Part shown: in pieces, positions 24,501 through 38,500 of the stretch
Numbering within the stretch: the stretch's first letter is position 1
Layout: each line of letters opens with the position of its first letter
The notes under the pieces: generated by a model
Told to the model about the DNA's origin: nothing
Database searches by the model: none
The model's input: only the letters and a program-made list of their open reading frames with translations
Assembly (NCBI RefSeq): GCF_009914755.1
Contig: NC_060940.1
From: the human T2T-CHM13v2.0 reference genome, Homo sapiens
Reading direction: 5' to 3' (one strand)
DNA: 64,000 nt
Program-made: the position numbers and the translations under genes

Positions 24501-27500
24501 GAGGCCAAAGGCAGAAAAGGAAATATCTTCGTATAAAAACCCGACAGAATCATTCTCAGAAACTGCTCTGTGATGTGTGCGTTCAACTCACAGAGTTTAA
24601 CTTTTCTTTTCATTCAGCAGTTTGGAAACACTCTGTTTGTAAAGTCTGCAAGTGGATATCTTGGCCTCTTAGAGGCCTTCGTTGGAAACGGGTTTTTTCA
24701 TGTAAGGATAGACAGAGGAATTCCCAGTAACTTCCTTGTGTTGTGTGCATTCAACTCACAGAGTTGAACGATTCTTTACACAGAGCAGATTTGAGACACT
24801 CTTTTGGTGGAATTTGTAAGTGGAGAATTCAGCCGCTTTGAGGTCAACGGTAGAAAAGGAAATATCTTCGTATAAAAACTAGACAGAATGATTCTCAGAA
24901 ACTGTTTTGTGATGTGTGCGTTCAACTCACAGAGTTTAACCTTTCTTTTCAGAGAGCAGTTAGGAAACACTCTGTAAAGTCTGCAAGTGGATATTCAGAC
25001 CTCTTTGAGGCCTTCGTTGGAAACGGGATTTCTTCATATTATGCTAGACAGATGAATTCTCAGTAACTTCCTTGTGTTGTGTGTATTCAACTCACAGAGT
25101 TGAACGATCCTTTACACAGAGCAGATTTGAAACACTGTTTTTCTGGAATTTGCAAGTGGAGATTTCAGCCGCTTTGAGGTCAATTGTAGAAAAGGAAATA
25201 TCTTCGTATAAAAACTAGACAGAATGATTCTCAGAAACTCCTTTGTGATGTGTGCGTTCAACTCACAGAGTTTAACCTTTCTTTTCACAGAGCAGTTAGG
25301 AAACACTCTGTTTGTGAAGCCTGCCAGTGGATATTCGGACCTCTTTCAGGCCTTCGTTGGAAACGGGATTTCTTCATATTATGCTAGACAGAAGATTTCT
25401 CAGTAACTTCTTCGTGTTGTGTGTATGCAACTCACAGAGTTCAACCTTCCTTTAGACAGAGCAGATTTGAAACACTCTTTTTGTGGAATTTGCAAGTGGA
25501 GATTTCAAGCGCTTCGATGCCAATGGTAGAAAAGGAAATATCTTCGTATAAAAACAAGACAAACTCGTTCCCAGACACTGCGTAGTGATGTGTGTGTTTA
25601 ACTCACAGAGTTTCACCTTTCTTTTCATACAGCATTCTGGAAACCCTCTGTTTGTAAAGTCTGCAAGTCGATATTTGGACCTCTTAGATGCCTTCGTTGG
25701 AAACGGGATTTCTTCATATAATGCTAGAGGGAAGAATTCTTAGTAACTTCTTTGTGTTGTGTGTATTCAACTGACAGAGTTGAACCTTCCTTTAGACAGA
25801 GCAGATTTGAAAGTCTCTTTTTGTGGAATTTGCAAGTGGAGATTTCAAGCGCTTTGAGGCCAAAAGCAGAAAAGGAAATATTTTCCTATAAAACCTCGAC
25901 AGAATCTTTCTCAGAAACTGCTCTGGGATGTGTGCGTTCAACTCACAGAGTTTAACTTTTCTTTTCATTCAGCAGTTTGGAAACACTCTGTTTGGAAAGT
26001 CTGCACGTGGATATTTTGACCTCTTTGAGGCCTTCGTTGGAAACGGGTTTTTTTCATGTAAGGCTAGACAGAAGAAATCTCAGTAACTTCCTTGTGTTGT
26101 GTGTATTCAACTGACAGAGTTGAACCTTCCTTTAGACAGAGCAGATTCGAAACACTCTTTTTCTGCAATTTGCAAGTGGAGACTTCAAGCGCTTTGAGGC
26201 CAAAGGCAGAAAAGGAAATATCTTCGTATAAAAACCCGACAGAATCATTCTCAGAAACTGCTCTGTGATGTGTGCGTTCAACTCACAGAGTTTAACTTTT
26301 CTTTTCATTCAGCAGTTTGGAAACACTCTGTTTGTAAAGTCTGCAAGTGGATATCTTGGCCTCTTAGAGGCCTTCGTTGGAAACGGGTTTTTTCATGTAA
26401 GGATAGACAGAGGAATTCCCAGTAACTTCCTTGTGTTGTGTGCATTCAACTCACAGAGTTGAACGATTCTTTACACAGAGCAGATTTGAGACACTCTTTT
26501 GGTGGAATTTGTAAGTGGAGAATTCAGCCGCTTTGAGGTCAACGGTAGAAAAGGAAATATCTTCGTATAAAAACTAGACAGAATGATTCTCAGAAACTGT
26601 TTTGTGATGTGTGCGTTCAACTCACAGAGTTTAACCTTTCTTTTCAGAGAGCAGTTAGGAAACACTCTGTAAAGTCTGCAAGTGGATATTCAGACCTCTT
26701 TGAGGCCTTCGTTGGAAACGGGATTTCTTCATATTATGCTAGACAGATGAATTCTCAGTAACTTCCTTGTGTTGTGTGTATTCAACTCACAGAGTTGAAC
26801 GATCCTTTACACAGAGCAGATTTGAAACACTGTTTTTCTGGAATTTGCAAGTGGAGATTTCAGCCGCTTTGAGGTCAATTGTAGAAAAGGAAATATCTTC
26901 GTATAAAAACTAGACAGAATGATTCTCAGAAACTCCTTTGTGATGTGTGCGTTCAACTCACAGAGTTTAACCTTTCTTTTCACAGAGCAGTTAGGAAACA
27001 CTCTGTTTGTGAAGCCTGCCAGTGGATATTCGGACCTCTTTCAGGCCTTCGTTGGAAACGGGATTTCTTCATATTATGCTAGACAGAAGATTTCTCAGTA
27101 ACTTCTTTGTGTTGTGTGTATGCAACTCACAGAGTTCAACCTTCCTTTAGACAGAGCAGATTTGAAACACTCTTTTTGTGGAATTTGCAAGTGGAGATTT
27201 CAAGCGCTTCGATGCCAATGGTAGAAAAGGAAATATCTTCGTATAAAAACAAGACAAACTCGTTCCCAGACACTGCGTAGTGATGTGTGTGTTTAACTCA
27301 CAGAGTTTAACCTTTCTTTTCATACAGCATTCTGGAAACCCTCTGTTTGTAAAGTCTGCAAGTCGATATTTGGACCTCTTAGATGCCTTCGTTGGAAACG
27401 GGATTTCTTCATATAATGCTAGAGGGAAGAATTCTTAGTAACTTCTTTGTGTTGTGTGTATTCAACTGACAGAGTTGAACCTTCCTTTAGACAGAGCAGA

Positions 27501-30500
27501 TTTGAAAGTCTCTTTTTGTGGAATTTGCAAGTGGAGATTTCAAGCGCTTTGAGGCCAAAAGCAGAAAAGGAAATATTTTCCTATAAAACCTCGACAGAAT
27601 CTTTCTCAGAAACTGCTCTGGGATGTGTGCGTTCAACTCACAGAGTTTAACTTTTCTTTTCATTCAGCGTTTGGAAACACTCTGTTTGGAAAGTCTGCCT
27701 TGGATATTTTGACCTCTTTGAGGCCTTCGTTGGAAACGGGTTTTTTTCATGTAAGGCTAGACAGAAGAAATCTCAGTAACTTCCTTGTGTTGTGTGTATT
27801 CAACTGACAGAGTTGAACCTTCCTTTAGACAGAGCAGATTCGAAACACTCTTTTTCTGCAATTTGCAAGTGGAGACTTCAAGCGCTTTGAGGCCAAAGGC
27901 AGAAAAGGAAATATCTTCGTATAAGAACCCGACAGAATCATTCTCAGAAACTGCTCTGTGATGTGTGCGTTCAACTCACAGAGTTTAACTTTTCTTTTCA
28001 TTCAGCAGTTTGGAAACACTCTGTTTGTAAAGTCTGCAAGTGGATATCTTGGCCTCTTAGAGGCCTTCGTTGGAAACGGGTTTTTTCATGTAAGGATAGA
28101 CAGAGGAATTCCCAGTAACTTCCTTGTGTTGTGTGCATTCAACTCACAGAGTTGAATGATTCTTTACACAGAGCAGATTTGAGACACTCTTTTGGTGGAA
28201 TTTGTAAGTGGAGAATTCAGCCGCTTTGAGGTCAACGGTAGAAAAGGAAATATCTTCGTATAAAAACTAGACAGAATGATTCTCAGAAACTGTTTTGTGA
28301 TGTGTGCGTTCAACTCACAGAGTTTAACCTTTCTTTTCAGAGAGCAGTTAGGAAACACTCTGTAAAGTCTGCAAGTGGATATTCAGACCTCTTTGAGGCC
28401 TTCGTTGGAAACGGGATTTCTTCATATTATGCTAGACAGATGAATTCTCAGTAACTTCCTTGTGTTGTGTGTATTCAACTCACAGAGTTGAACGATCCTT
28501 TACACAGAGCAGATTTGAAACACTGTTTTTCTGGAATTTGCAAGTGGAGATTTCAGCCGCTTTGAGGTCAATGGTAGAAAAGGAAATATCTTCGTATAAA
28601 AACTAGACAGAATGATTCTCAGAAACTCCTTTGTGATGTGTGCGTTCAACTCACAGAGTTTAACCTTTCTTTTCACAGAGCAGTTAGGAAACACTCTGTT
28701 TGTGAAGCCTGCCAGTGGATATTCGGACCTCTTTCAGGCCTTCGTTGGAAACGGGATTTCTTCATATTATGCTAGACAGAAGATTTCTCAGTAACTTCTT
28801 TGTGTTGTGTGTATGCAACTCACAGAGTTCAACCTTCCTTTAGACAGAGCAGATTTGAAACACTCTTTTTGTGGAATTTGCAAGTGGAGATTTCAAGCGC
28901 TTCGATGCCAATGGTAGAAAAGGAAATATCTTCGTATAAAAACAAGACAAACTCGTTCCCAGACACTGCGTAGTGATGTGTGTGTTTAACTCACAGAGTT
29001 TAACCTTTCTTTTCATACAGCATTCTGGAAACCCTCTGTTTGTAAAGTCTGCAAGTGGATATTTGGACCTCTTAGATGCCTTCGTTGGAAACGGGATTTC
29101 TTCATATAATGCTAGAGGGAAGAATTCTTAGTAACTTCTTTGTGTTGTGTGTATTCAACTGACAGAGTTGAAACTTCCTTTAGACAGAGCAGATTTGAAA
29201 GTCTCTTTTTGTGGAATTTGCAAGTGGAGATTTCAAGCGCTTTGAGGCCAAAAGCAGAAAAGGAAATATTTTCCTATAAATCTAGAGAGAATCATTCTCA
29301 GAAACTGCTCTGTGATGTGTGTGTTCAACTCACAGAGTTTAACTTTCTTTTCATTCAGCAGTTTGGAAACACTCTGTTTGGAAAGTCTGCACGTGGATAT
29401 TTTGACCTCTTTGAGGCCTTCGTTGGAAACGGGTTTTTTTCATGTAAGGCTAGAGAGAAGAAATCTCAGTAACTTCCTTGTGTTGTGTGTATTCAACTGA
29501 CAGAGTTGAACCTTCCTTTAGACAGAGCAGATTCGAAACGCTCTTTTTCTGCAATTTGCAAGTGGAGACTTCAAGCGCTTTGAGGCCAAAGGCAGAAAAG
29601 GAAATATCTTCGTAGAAAAACCCGACAGAATCATTCTCAGAAACTGCTCTGTGATGTGTGCGTTCAACTCACAGAGTTTAACTTTTCTTTTCATTCAGCA
29701 GTTTGGAAACACTCTGTTTGTAAAGTCTGCAAGTGGATATCTTGGCCTCTTAGAGGCCTTCGTTGGAAACGCGTTTTTTCATGTAAGGATAGACAGAGGA
29801 ATTCCCAGTAACTTCCTTGTGTTGTGTGCATTTAACTCACAGAGTTGAATGATTCTTTACACAGAGCAGATTTGAGACACTCTTTTGGTGGAATTTGTAA
29901 GTGTAGAATTCAGCTGCTTTGAGGTCAACGGTAGAAAAGGAAATATCTTCGTATAGAAACTAGACAGAATGATTCTCAGAAACTGTTTTGTGATGTGTGC
30001 GTTCAACTCACAGAGTTTAACCTTTCTTTTCAAAGAGCAGTTAGGAAACACTCTGTTTGTAAAGTCTGCAAGTGGATATTCAGACCTCTTTGAGGCCTTC
30101 GTTGGAAACGGGATTTCTTCATATTATGCTAGACAGATGAATTCTCAGTAACTTCCTTGTGTTGTGTGTATTCAACTCACAGAGTTGAACGATCCTTTAC
30201 ACAGAGCAGATTTGAAACACTGTTTTTCTGGAATTTGCAAGTGGAGATTTCAGCCGCTTTGAGGTCAATGGTAGAAAAGGAAATATCTTCGTATAAAAAC
30301 TAGACAGAATGATTCTCAGAAACTCCTTTGTGATGTGTGCGTTCAACTCACAGGGTTTAACCTTTCTTTTCACAGAGCAGTTAGGAAACACTCTGTTTGT
30401 GAAGCCTGCCAGTGGATATTCGGACCTCTTTGAGGCCTTCGTTGGAAACGGGATTTCTTCATATTATGCTAGACAGAAGATTTCTCAGTAACTTCTTTGT

Positions 30501-33500
30501 GTTGTGTGTATGCAACTCACAGAGTTCAACCTTCCTTTAGACAGAGCAGATTTGAAACACTCTTTTTGTGGAATTTGCAAGTGGAGATTTCAAGCGCTTC
30601 GATGCCAATGGTAGAAAAGGAAATATCTTCGTATAAAAACAAGACAAACTCGTTCCCAGACACTGCGTAGTGATGTGTGTGTTTAACTCACAGAGTTTAA
30701 CCTTTCTTTTCATACAGCATTCTGGAAACCCTCTGTTTGTAAAGTCTGCAAGTGGATATTTGGACCTCTTAGATGCCTTCGTTGGAAACGGGATTTCTTC
30801 ATATAATGCTAGAGGGAAGAATTCTTAGTAACTTCTTTGTGTTGTGTGTATTCAACTGACAGAGTTGAACCTTCCTTTAGACAGAGCAGATTTGAAAGTC
30901 TCTTTTTGTGGAATTTGCAAGTGGAGATTTCAAGCGCTTTGAGGCCAAAAGCAGAAAAGGAAATATTTTCCTATAAAAACTAGAGAGAATCATTCTCAGA
31001 AACTGCTCTGTGATGTGTGTGTTCAACTCACAGAGTTTAACTTTCTTTTCATTCAGCAGTTTGGAAACACTCTGTTTGGAAAGTCTGCACGTGGATATTT
31101 TGACCTCTTTGAGGCCTTCGTTGGAAACGGGTTTTTTTCATGTAAGGCTAGACAGAAGAAATCTCAGTAACTTCCTTGTGTTGTGTGTATTCAACTGACA
31201 GAGTTGAACCTTCCTTTAGACAGAGCAGATTCGAAACACTCTTTTTCTGCAATTTGCAAGTGGAGACTTCAAGCGCTTTGAGGCCAAAGGCAGAAAAGGA
31301 AATATCTTCGTATAAAAACCCGACAGTATCATTCTCAGAAACTGCTCTGTGATGTGTGCGTTCAACTCACAGAGTTTAACTTTTCTTTTCATTCAGCAGT
31401 TTGGAAACACTCTGTTTGTAAAGTCTGCAAGTGGATATATTGGCCTCTTAGAGGCCTTCGTTGGAAACGGGTTTTTTCATTTAAGGTTAGACAGAGGAAT
31501 TCCCAGTAACTTCCTTGTGTTGTGTGCATTCAACTCACAGAGTTGAATGATTCTTTACACAGAGCAGATTTGAGACACTGTTGGTGGAATTTGTAAGTGG
31601 AGAATTCAGCCGCTTTGAGGTCAATGGTAGAAAAGGAAATATCTTCGTATAAAAACTAGACAGAATGATTCTCAGAAACTGTTTTTTGATGTGTGCGTTC
31701 AACTCACAGAGTTTAACCTTTCTTTTCAAAGAGCAGTTAGGAAACACTCTGTTTGTAAAGTCTGCAAGCGGATATTCAGACCTCTTTGAGGCCTTCGTTG
31801 GAAACGGGATTTCTTCATATTATGCTAGACAGATGAATTCTCAGTAACTTCCTTGTGTTGTGTGTATTCAACTCACAGAGTTGAACGATCCTTTACACAG
31901 AGCAGATTTGAAACACTGTTTTTCTGGAATTTGCAAGTGGAGATTTCAGCCGCTTTGAGGTCAATGGTAGAAAAGGAAATATCTTCGTATAAAAACTAGA
32001 CAGAATGATTCTCAGAAACTCCTTTGTGATGTGTGCGTTCAACTCACAGAGTTTAACCTTTCTTTTCACAGAGCAGTTAGGAAACACTCTGTTTGTGAAG
32101 CCTGCCAGTGGATATTCAGACCTCTTTCAGGCCTTCGTTGGAAACGGGATTTCTTCATATTATGCTAGACAGAAGATTTCTCAGTAACTTCTTCGTGTTG
32201 TGTGTATGCAACTCACAGAGTTCAACCTTCCTTTAGACAGAGCAGATTTGAAACACTCTTTTTGTGGAATTTGCAAGTGGAGATTTCAAGCGCTTCGATG
32301 CCAATGGTAGAAAAGGAAATATCTTCGTATAAAAACAAGACAAACTCGTTCCCAGACACTGCGTAGTGATGTGTGTGTTTAACTCACAGAGTTTCACCTT
32401 TCTTTTCATACAGCATTCTGGAAACCCTCTGTTTGTAAAGTCTGCAAGTCGATATTTGGACCTCTTAGATGCCTTCGTTGGAAACGGGATTTCTTCATAT
32501 AATGCTAGAGGGAAGAATTCTTAGTAACTTCTTTGTGTTGTGTGTATTCAACTGACAGAGTTGAACCTTCCTTTAGACAGAGCAGATTTGAAAGTCTCTT
32601 TTTGTGGAATTTGCAAGTGGAGATTTCAAGCGCTTTGAGGCCAAAAGCAGAAAAGGAAATATTTTCCTATAAAACCTCGACAGAATCTTTCTCAGAAACT
32701 GCTCTGGGATGTGTGCGTTCAACTCACAGAGTTTAACTTTTCTTTTCATTCAGCAGTTTGGAAACACTCTGTTTGGAAAGTCTGCACGTGGATATTTTGA
32801 CCTCTTTGAGGCCTTCGTTGGAAACGGGTTTTTTTCATGTAAGGCTAGACAGAAGAAATCTCAGTAACTTCCTTGTGTTGTGTGTATTCAACTGACAGAG
32901 TTGAACCTTCCTTTAGACAGAGCAGATTCGAAACACTCTTTTTCTGCAATTTGCAAGTGGAGACTTCAAGCGCTTTGAGGCCAAAGGCAGAAAAGGAAAT
33001 ATCTTCGTATAAAAACCCGACAGAATCATTCTCAGAAACTGCTCTGTGATGTGTGCGTTCAACTCACAGAGTTTAACTTTTCTTTTCATTCAGCAGTTTG
33101 GAAACACTCTGTTTGTAAAGTCTGCAAGTGGATATCTTGGCCTCTTAGAGGCCTTCGTTGGAAACGGGTTTTTTCATGTAAGGATAGACAGAGGAATTCC
33201 CAGTAACTTCCTTGTGTTGTGTGCATTCAACTCACAGAGTTGAACGATTCTTTACACAGAGCAGATTTGAGACACTCTTTTGGTGGAATTTGTAAGTGGA
33301 GAATTCAGCCGCTTTGAGGTCAACGGTAGAAAAGGAAATATCTTCGTATAAAAACTAGACAGAATGATTCTCAGAAACTGTTTTGTGATGTGTGCGTTCA
33401 ACTCACAGAGTTTAACCTTTCTTTTCAGAGAGCAGTTAGGAAACACTCTGTAAAGTCTGCAAGTGGATATTCAGACCTCTTTGAGGCCTTCGTTGGAAAC

Positions 33501-36500
33501 GGGATTTCTTCATATTATGCTAGACAGATGAATTCTCAGTAACTTCCTTGTGTTGTGTGTATTCAACTCACAGAGTTGAACGATCCTTTACACAGAGCAG
33601 ATTTGAAACACTGTTTTTCTGGAATTTGCAAGTGGAGATTTCAGCCGCTTTGAGGTCAATTGTAGAAAAGGAAATATCTTCGTATAAAAACTAGACAGAA
33701 TGATTCTCAGAAACTCCTTTGTGATGTGTGCGTTCAACTCACAGAGTTTAACCTTTCTTTTCACAGAGCAGTTAGGAAACACTCTGTTTGTGAAGCCTGC
33801 CAGTGGATATTCGGACCTCTTTCAGGCCTTCGTTGGAAACGGGATTTCTTCATATTATGCTAGACAGAAGATTTCTCAGTAACTTCTTCGTGTTGTGTGT
33901 ATGCAACTCACAGAGTTCAACCTTCCTTTAGACAGAGCAGATTTGAAACACTCTTTTTGTGGAATTTGCAAGTGGAGATTTCAAGCGCTTCGATGCCAAT
34001 GGTAGAAAAGGAAATATCTTCGTATAAAAACAAGACAAACTCGTTCCCAGACACTGCGTAGTGATGTGTGTGTTTAACTCACAGAGTTTCACCTTTCTTT
34101 TCATACAGCATTCTGGAAACCCTCTGTTTGTAAAGTCTGCAAGTCGATATTTGGACCTCTTAGATGCCTTCGTTGGAAACGGGATTTCTTCATATAATGC
34201 TAGAGGGAAGAATTCTTAGTAACTTCTTTGTGTTGTGTGTATTCAACTGACAGAGTTGAACCTTCCTTTAGACAGAGCAGATTTGAAAGTCTCTTTTTGT
34301 GGAATTTGCAAGTGGAGATTTCAAGCGCTTTGAGGCCAAAAGCAGAAAAGGAAATATTTTCCTATAAAACCTCGACAGAATCTTTCTCAGAAACTGCTCT
34401 GGGATGTGTGCGTTCAACTCACAGAGTTTAACTTTTCTTTTCATTCAGCAGTTTGGAAACACTCTGTTTGGAAAGTCTGCACGTGGATATTTTGACCTCT
34501 TTGAGGCCTTCGTTGGAAACGGGTTTTTTTCATGTAAGGCTAGACAGAAGAAATCTCAGTAACTTCCTTGTGTTGTGTGTATTCAACTGACAGAGTTGAA
34601 CCTTCCTTTAGACAGAGCAGATTCGAAACACTCTTTTTCTGCAATTTGCAAGTGGAGACTTCAAGCGCTTTGAGGCCAAAGGCAGAAAAGGAAATATCTT
34701 CGTATAAAAACCCGACAGAATCATTCTCAGAAACTGCTCTGTGATGTGTGCGTTCAACTCACAGAGTTTAACTTTTCTTTTCATTCAGCAGTTTGGAAAC
34801 ACTCTGTTTGTAAAGTCTGCAAGTGGATATCTTGGCCTCTTAGAGGCCTTCGTTGGAAACGGGTTTTTTCATGTAAGGATAGACAGAGGAATTCCCAGTA
34901 ACTTCCTTGTGTTGTGTGCATTCAACTCACAGAGTTGAACGATTCTTTACACAGAGCAGATTTGAGACACTCTTTTGGTGGAATTTGTAAGTGGAGAATT
35001 CAGCCGCTTTGAGGTCAACGGTAGAAAAGGAAATATCTTCGTATAAAAACTAGACAGAATGATTCTCAGAAACTGTTTTGTGATGTGTGCGTTCAACTCA
35101 CAGAGTTTAACCTTTCTTTTCAGAGAGCAGTTAGGAAACACTCTGTAAAGTCTGCAAGTGGATATTCAGACCTCTTTGAGGCCTTCGTTGGAAACGGGAT
35201 TTCTTCATATTATGCTAGACAGATGAATTCTCAGTAACTTCCTTGTGTTGTGTGTATTCAACTCACAGAGTTGAACGATCCTTTACACAGAGCAGATTTG
35301 AAACACTGTTTTTCTGGAATTTGCAAGTGGAGATTTCAGCCGCTTTGAGGTCAATTGTAGAAAAGGAAATATCTTCGTATAAAAACTAGACAGAATGATT
35401 CTCAGAAACTCCTTTGTGATGTGTGCGTTCAACTCACAGAGTTTAACCTTTCTTTTCACAGAGCAGTTAGGAAACACTCTGTTTGTGAAGCCTGCCAGTG
35501 GATATTCGGACCTCTTTCAGGCCTTCGTTGGAAACGGGATTTCTTCATATTATGCTAGACAGAAGATTTCTCAGTAACTTCTTTGTGTTGTGTGTATGCA
35601 ACTCACAGAGTTCAACCTTCCTTTAGACAGAGCAGATTTGAAACACTCTTTTTGTGGAATTTGCAAGTGGAGATTTCAAGCGCTTCGATGCCAATGGTAG
35701 AAAAGGAAATATCTTCGTATAAAAACAAGACAAACTCGTTCCCAGACACTGCGTAGTGATGTGTGTGTTTAACTCACAGAGTTTAACCTTTCTTTTCATA
35801 CAGCATTCTGGAAACCCTCTGTTTGTAAAGTCTGCAAGTCGATATTTGGACCTCTTAGATGCCTTCGTTGGAAACGGGATTTCTTCATATAATGCTAGAG
35901 GGAAGAATTCTTAGTAACTTCTTTGTGTTGTGTGTATTCAACTGACAGAGTTGAACCTTCCTTTAGACAGAGCAGATTTGAAAGTCTCTTTTTGTGGAAT
36001 TTGCAAGTGGAGATTTCAAGCGCTTTGAGGCCAAAAGCAGAAAAGGAAATATTTTCCTATAAAACCTCGACAGAATCTTTCTCAGAAACTGCTCTGGGAT
36101 GTGTGCGTTCAACTCACAGAGTTTAACTTTTCTTTTCATTCAGCGTTTGGAAACACTCTGTTTGGAAAGTCTGCCTTGGATATTTTGACCTCTTTGAGGC
36201 CTTCGTTGGAAACGGGTTTTTTTCATGTAAGGCTAGACAGAAGAAATCTCAGTAACTTCCTTGTGTTGTGTGTATTCAACTGACAGAGTTGAACCTTCCT
36301 TTAGACAGAGCAGATTCGAAACACTCTTTTTCTGCAATTTGCAAGTGGAGACTTCAAGCGCTTTGAGGCCAAAGGCAGAAAAGGAAATATCTTCGTATAA
36401 GAACCCGACAGAATCATTCTCAGAAACTGCTCTGTGATGTGTGCGTTCAACTCACAGAGTTTAACTTTTCTTTTCATTCAGCAGTTTGGAAACACTCTGT

Positions 36501-38500
36501 TTGTAAAGTCTGCAAGTGGATATCTTGGCCTCTTAGAGGCCTTCGTTGGAAACGGGTTTTTTCATGTAAGGATAGACAGAGGAATTCCCAGTAACTTCCT
36601 TGTGTTGTGTGCATTCAACTCACAGAGTTGAATGATTCTTTACACAGAGCAGATTTGAGACACTCTTTTGGTGGAATTTGTAAGTGGAGAATTCAGCCGC
36701 TTTGAGGTCAACGGTAGAAAAGGAAATATCTTCGTATAAAAACTAGACAGAATGATTCTCAGAAACTGTTTTGTGATGTGTGCGTTCAACTCACAGAGTT
36801 TAACCTTTCTTTTCAGAGAGCAGTTAGGAAACACTCTGTAAAGTCTGCAAGTGGATATTCAGACCTCTTTGAGGCCTTCGTTGGAAACGGGATTTCTTCA
36901 TATTATGCTAGACAGATGAATTCTCAGTAACTTCCTTGTGTTGTGTGTATTCAACTCACAGAGTTGAACGATCCTTTACACAGAGCAGATTTGAAACACT
37001 GTTTTTCTGGAATTTGCAAGTGGAGATTTCAGCCGCTTTGAGGTCAATGGTAGAAAAGGAAATATCTTCGTATAAAAACTAGACAGAATGATTCTCAGAA
37101 ACTCCTTTGTGATGTGTGCGTTCAACTCACAGAGTTTAACCTTTCTTTTCACAGAGCAGTTAGGAAACACTCTGTTTGTGAAGCCTGCCAGTGGATATTC
37201 GGACCTCTTTCAGGCCTTCGTTGGAAACGGGATTTCTTCATATTATGCTAGACAGAAGATTTCTCAGTAACTTCTTTGTGTTGTGTGTATGCAACTCACA
37301 GAGTTCAACCTTCCTTTAGACAGAGCAGATTTGAAACACTCTTTTTGTGGAATTTGCAAGTGGAGATTTCAAGCGCTTCGATGCCAATGGTAGAAAAGGA
37401 AATATCTTCGTATAAAAACAAGACAAACTCGTTCCCAGACACTGCGTAGTGATGTGTGTGTTTAACTCACAGAGTTTAACCTTTCTTTTCATACAGCATT
37501 CTGGAAACCCTCTGTTTGTAAAGTCTGCAAGTGGATATTTGGACCTCTTAGATGCCTTCGTTGGAAACGGGATTTCTTCATATAATGCTAGAGGGAAGAA
37601 TTCTTAGTAACTTCTTTGTGTTGTGTGTATTCAACTGACAGAGTTGAAACTTCCTTTAGACAGAGCAGATTTGAAAGTCTCTTTTTGTGGAATTTGCAAG
37701 TGGAGATTTCAAGCGCTTTGAGGCCAAAAGCAGAAAAGGAAATATTTTCCTATAAATCTAGAGAGAATCATTCTCAGAAACTGCTCTGTGATGTGTGTGT
37801 TCAACTCACAGAGTTTAACTTTCTTTTCATTCAGCAGTTTGGAAACACTCTGTTTGGAAAGTCTGCACGTGGATATTTTGACCTCTTTGAGGCCTTCGTT
37901 GGAAACGGGTTTTTTTCATGTAAGGCTAGAGAGAAGAAATCTCAGTAACTTCCTTGTGTTGTGTGTATTCAACTGACAGAGTTGAACCTTCCTTTAGACA
38001 GAGCAGATTCGAAACGCTCTTTTTCTGCAATTTGCAAGTGGAGACTTCAAGCGCTTTGAGGCCAAAGGCAGAAAAGGAAATATCTTCGTAGAAAAACCCG
38101 ACAGAATCATTCTCAGAAACTGCTCTGTGATGTGTGCGTTCAACTCACAGAGTTTAACTTTTCTTTTCATTCAGCAGTTTGGAAACACTCTGTTTGTAAA
38201 GTCTGCAAGTGGATATCTTGGCCTCTTAGAGGCCTTCGTTGGAAACGCGTTTTTTCATGTAAGGATAGACAGAGGAATTCCCAGTAACTTCCTTGTGTTG
38301 TGTGCATTTAACTCACAGAGTTGAATGATTCTTTACACAGAGCAGATTTGAGACACTCTTTTGGTGGAATTTGTAAGTGTAGAATTCAGCTGCTTTGAGG
38401 TCAACGGTAGAAAAGGAAATATCTTCGTATAGAAACTAGACAGAATGATTCTCAGAAACTGTTTTGTGATGTGTGCGTTCAACTCACAGAGTTTAACCTT
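21550..38500 (+). repeat. Tandem duplication of a 5-HOR block (period 8476 bp)
   Basis: Rare variants repeat at exactly +8476 (21721/30197, 22873/31349, 23059/31535, 27625/36101, 29140/37616). Junction lies between ~29956 and ~30094. Ends are approximate. Confidence 0.9.

Noticed and set aside
29140-29472. Longest ORF, 110 aa (twin at 37616-37948)
   Set aside because: It is a chance fusion of reading frames caused by a 1-bp deletion in one HOR lineage, duplicated with the 8476-bp block.
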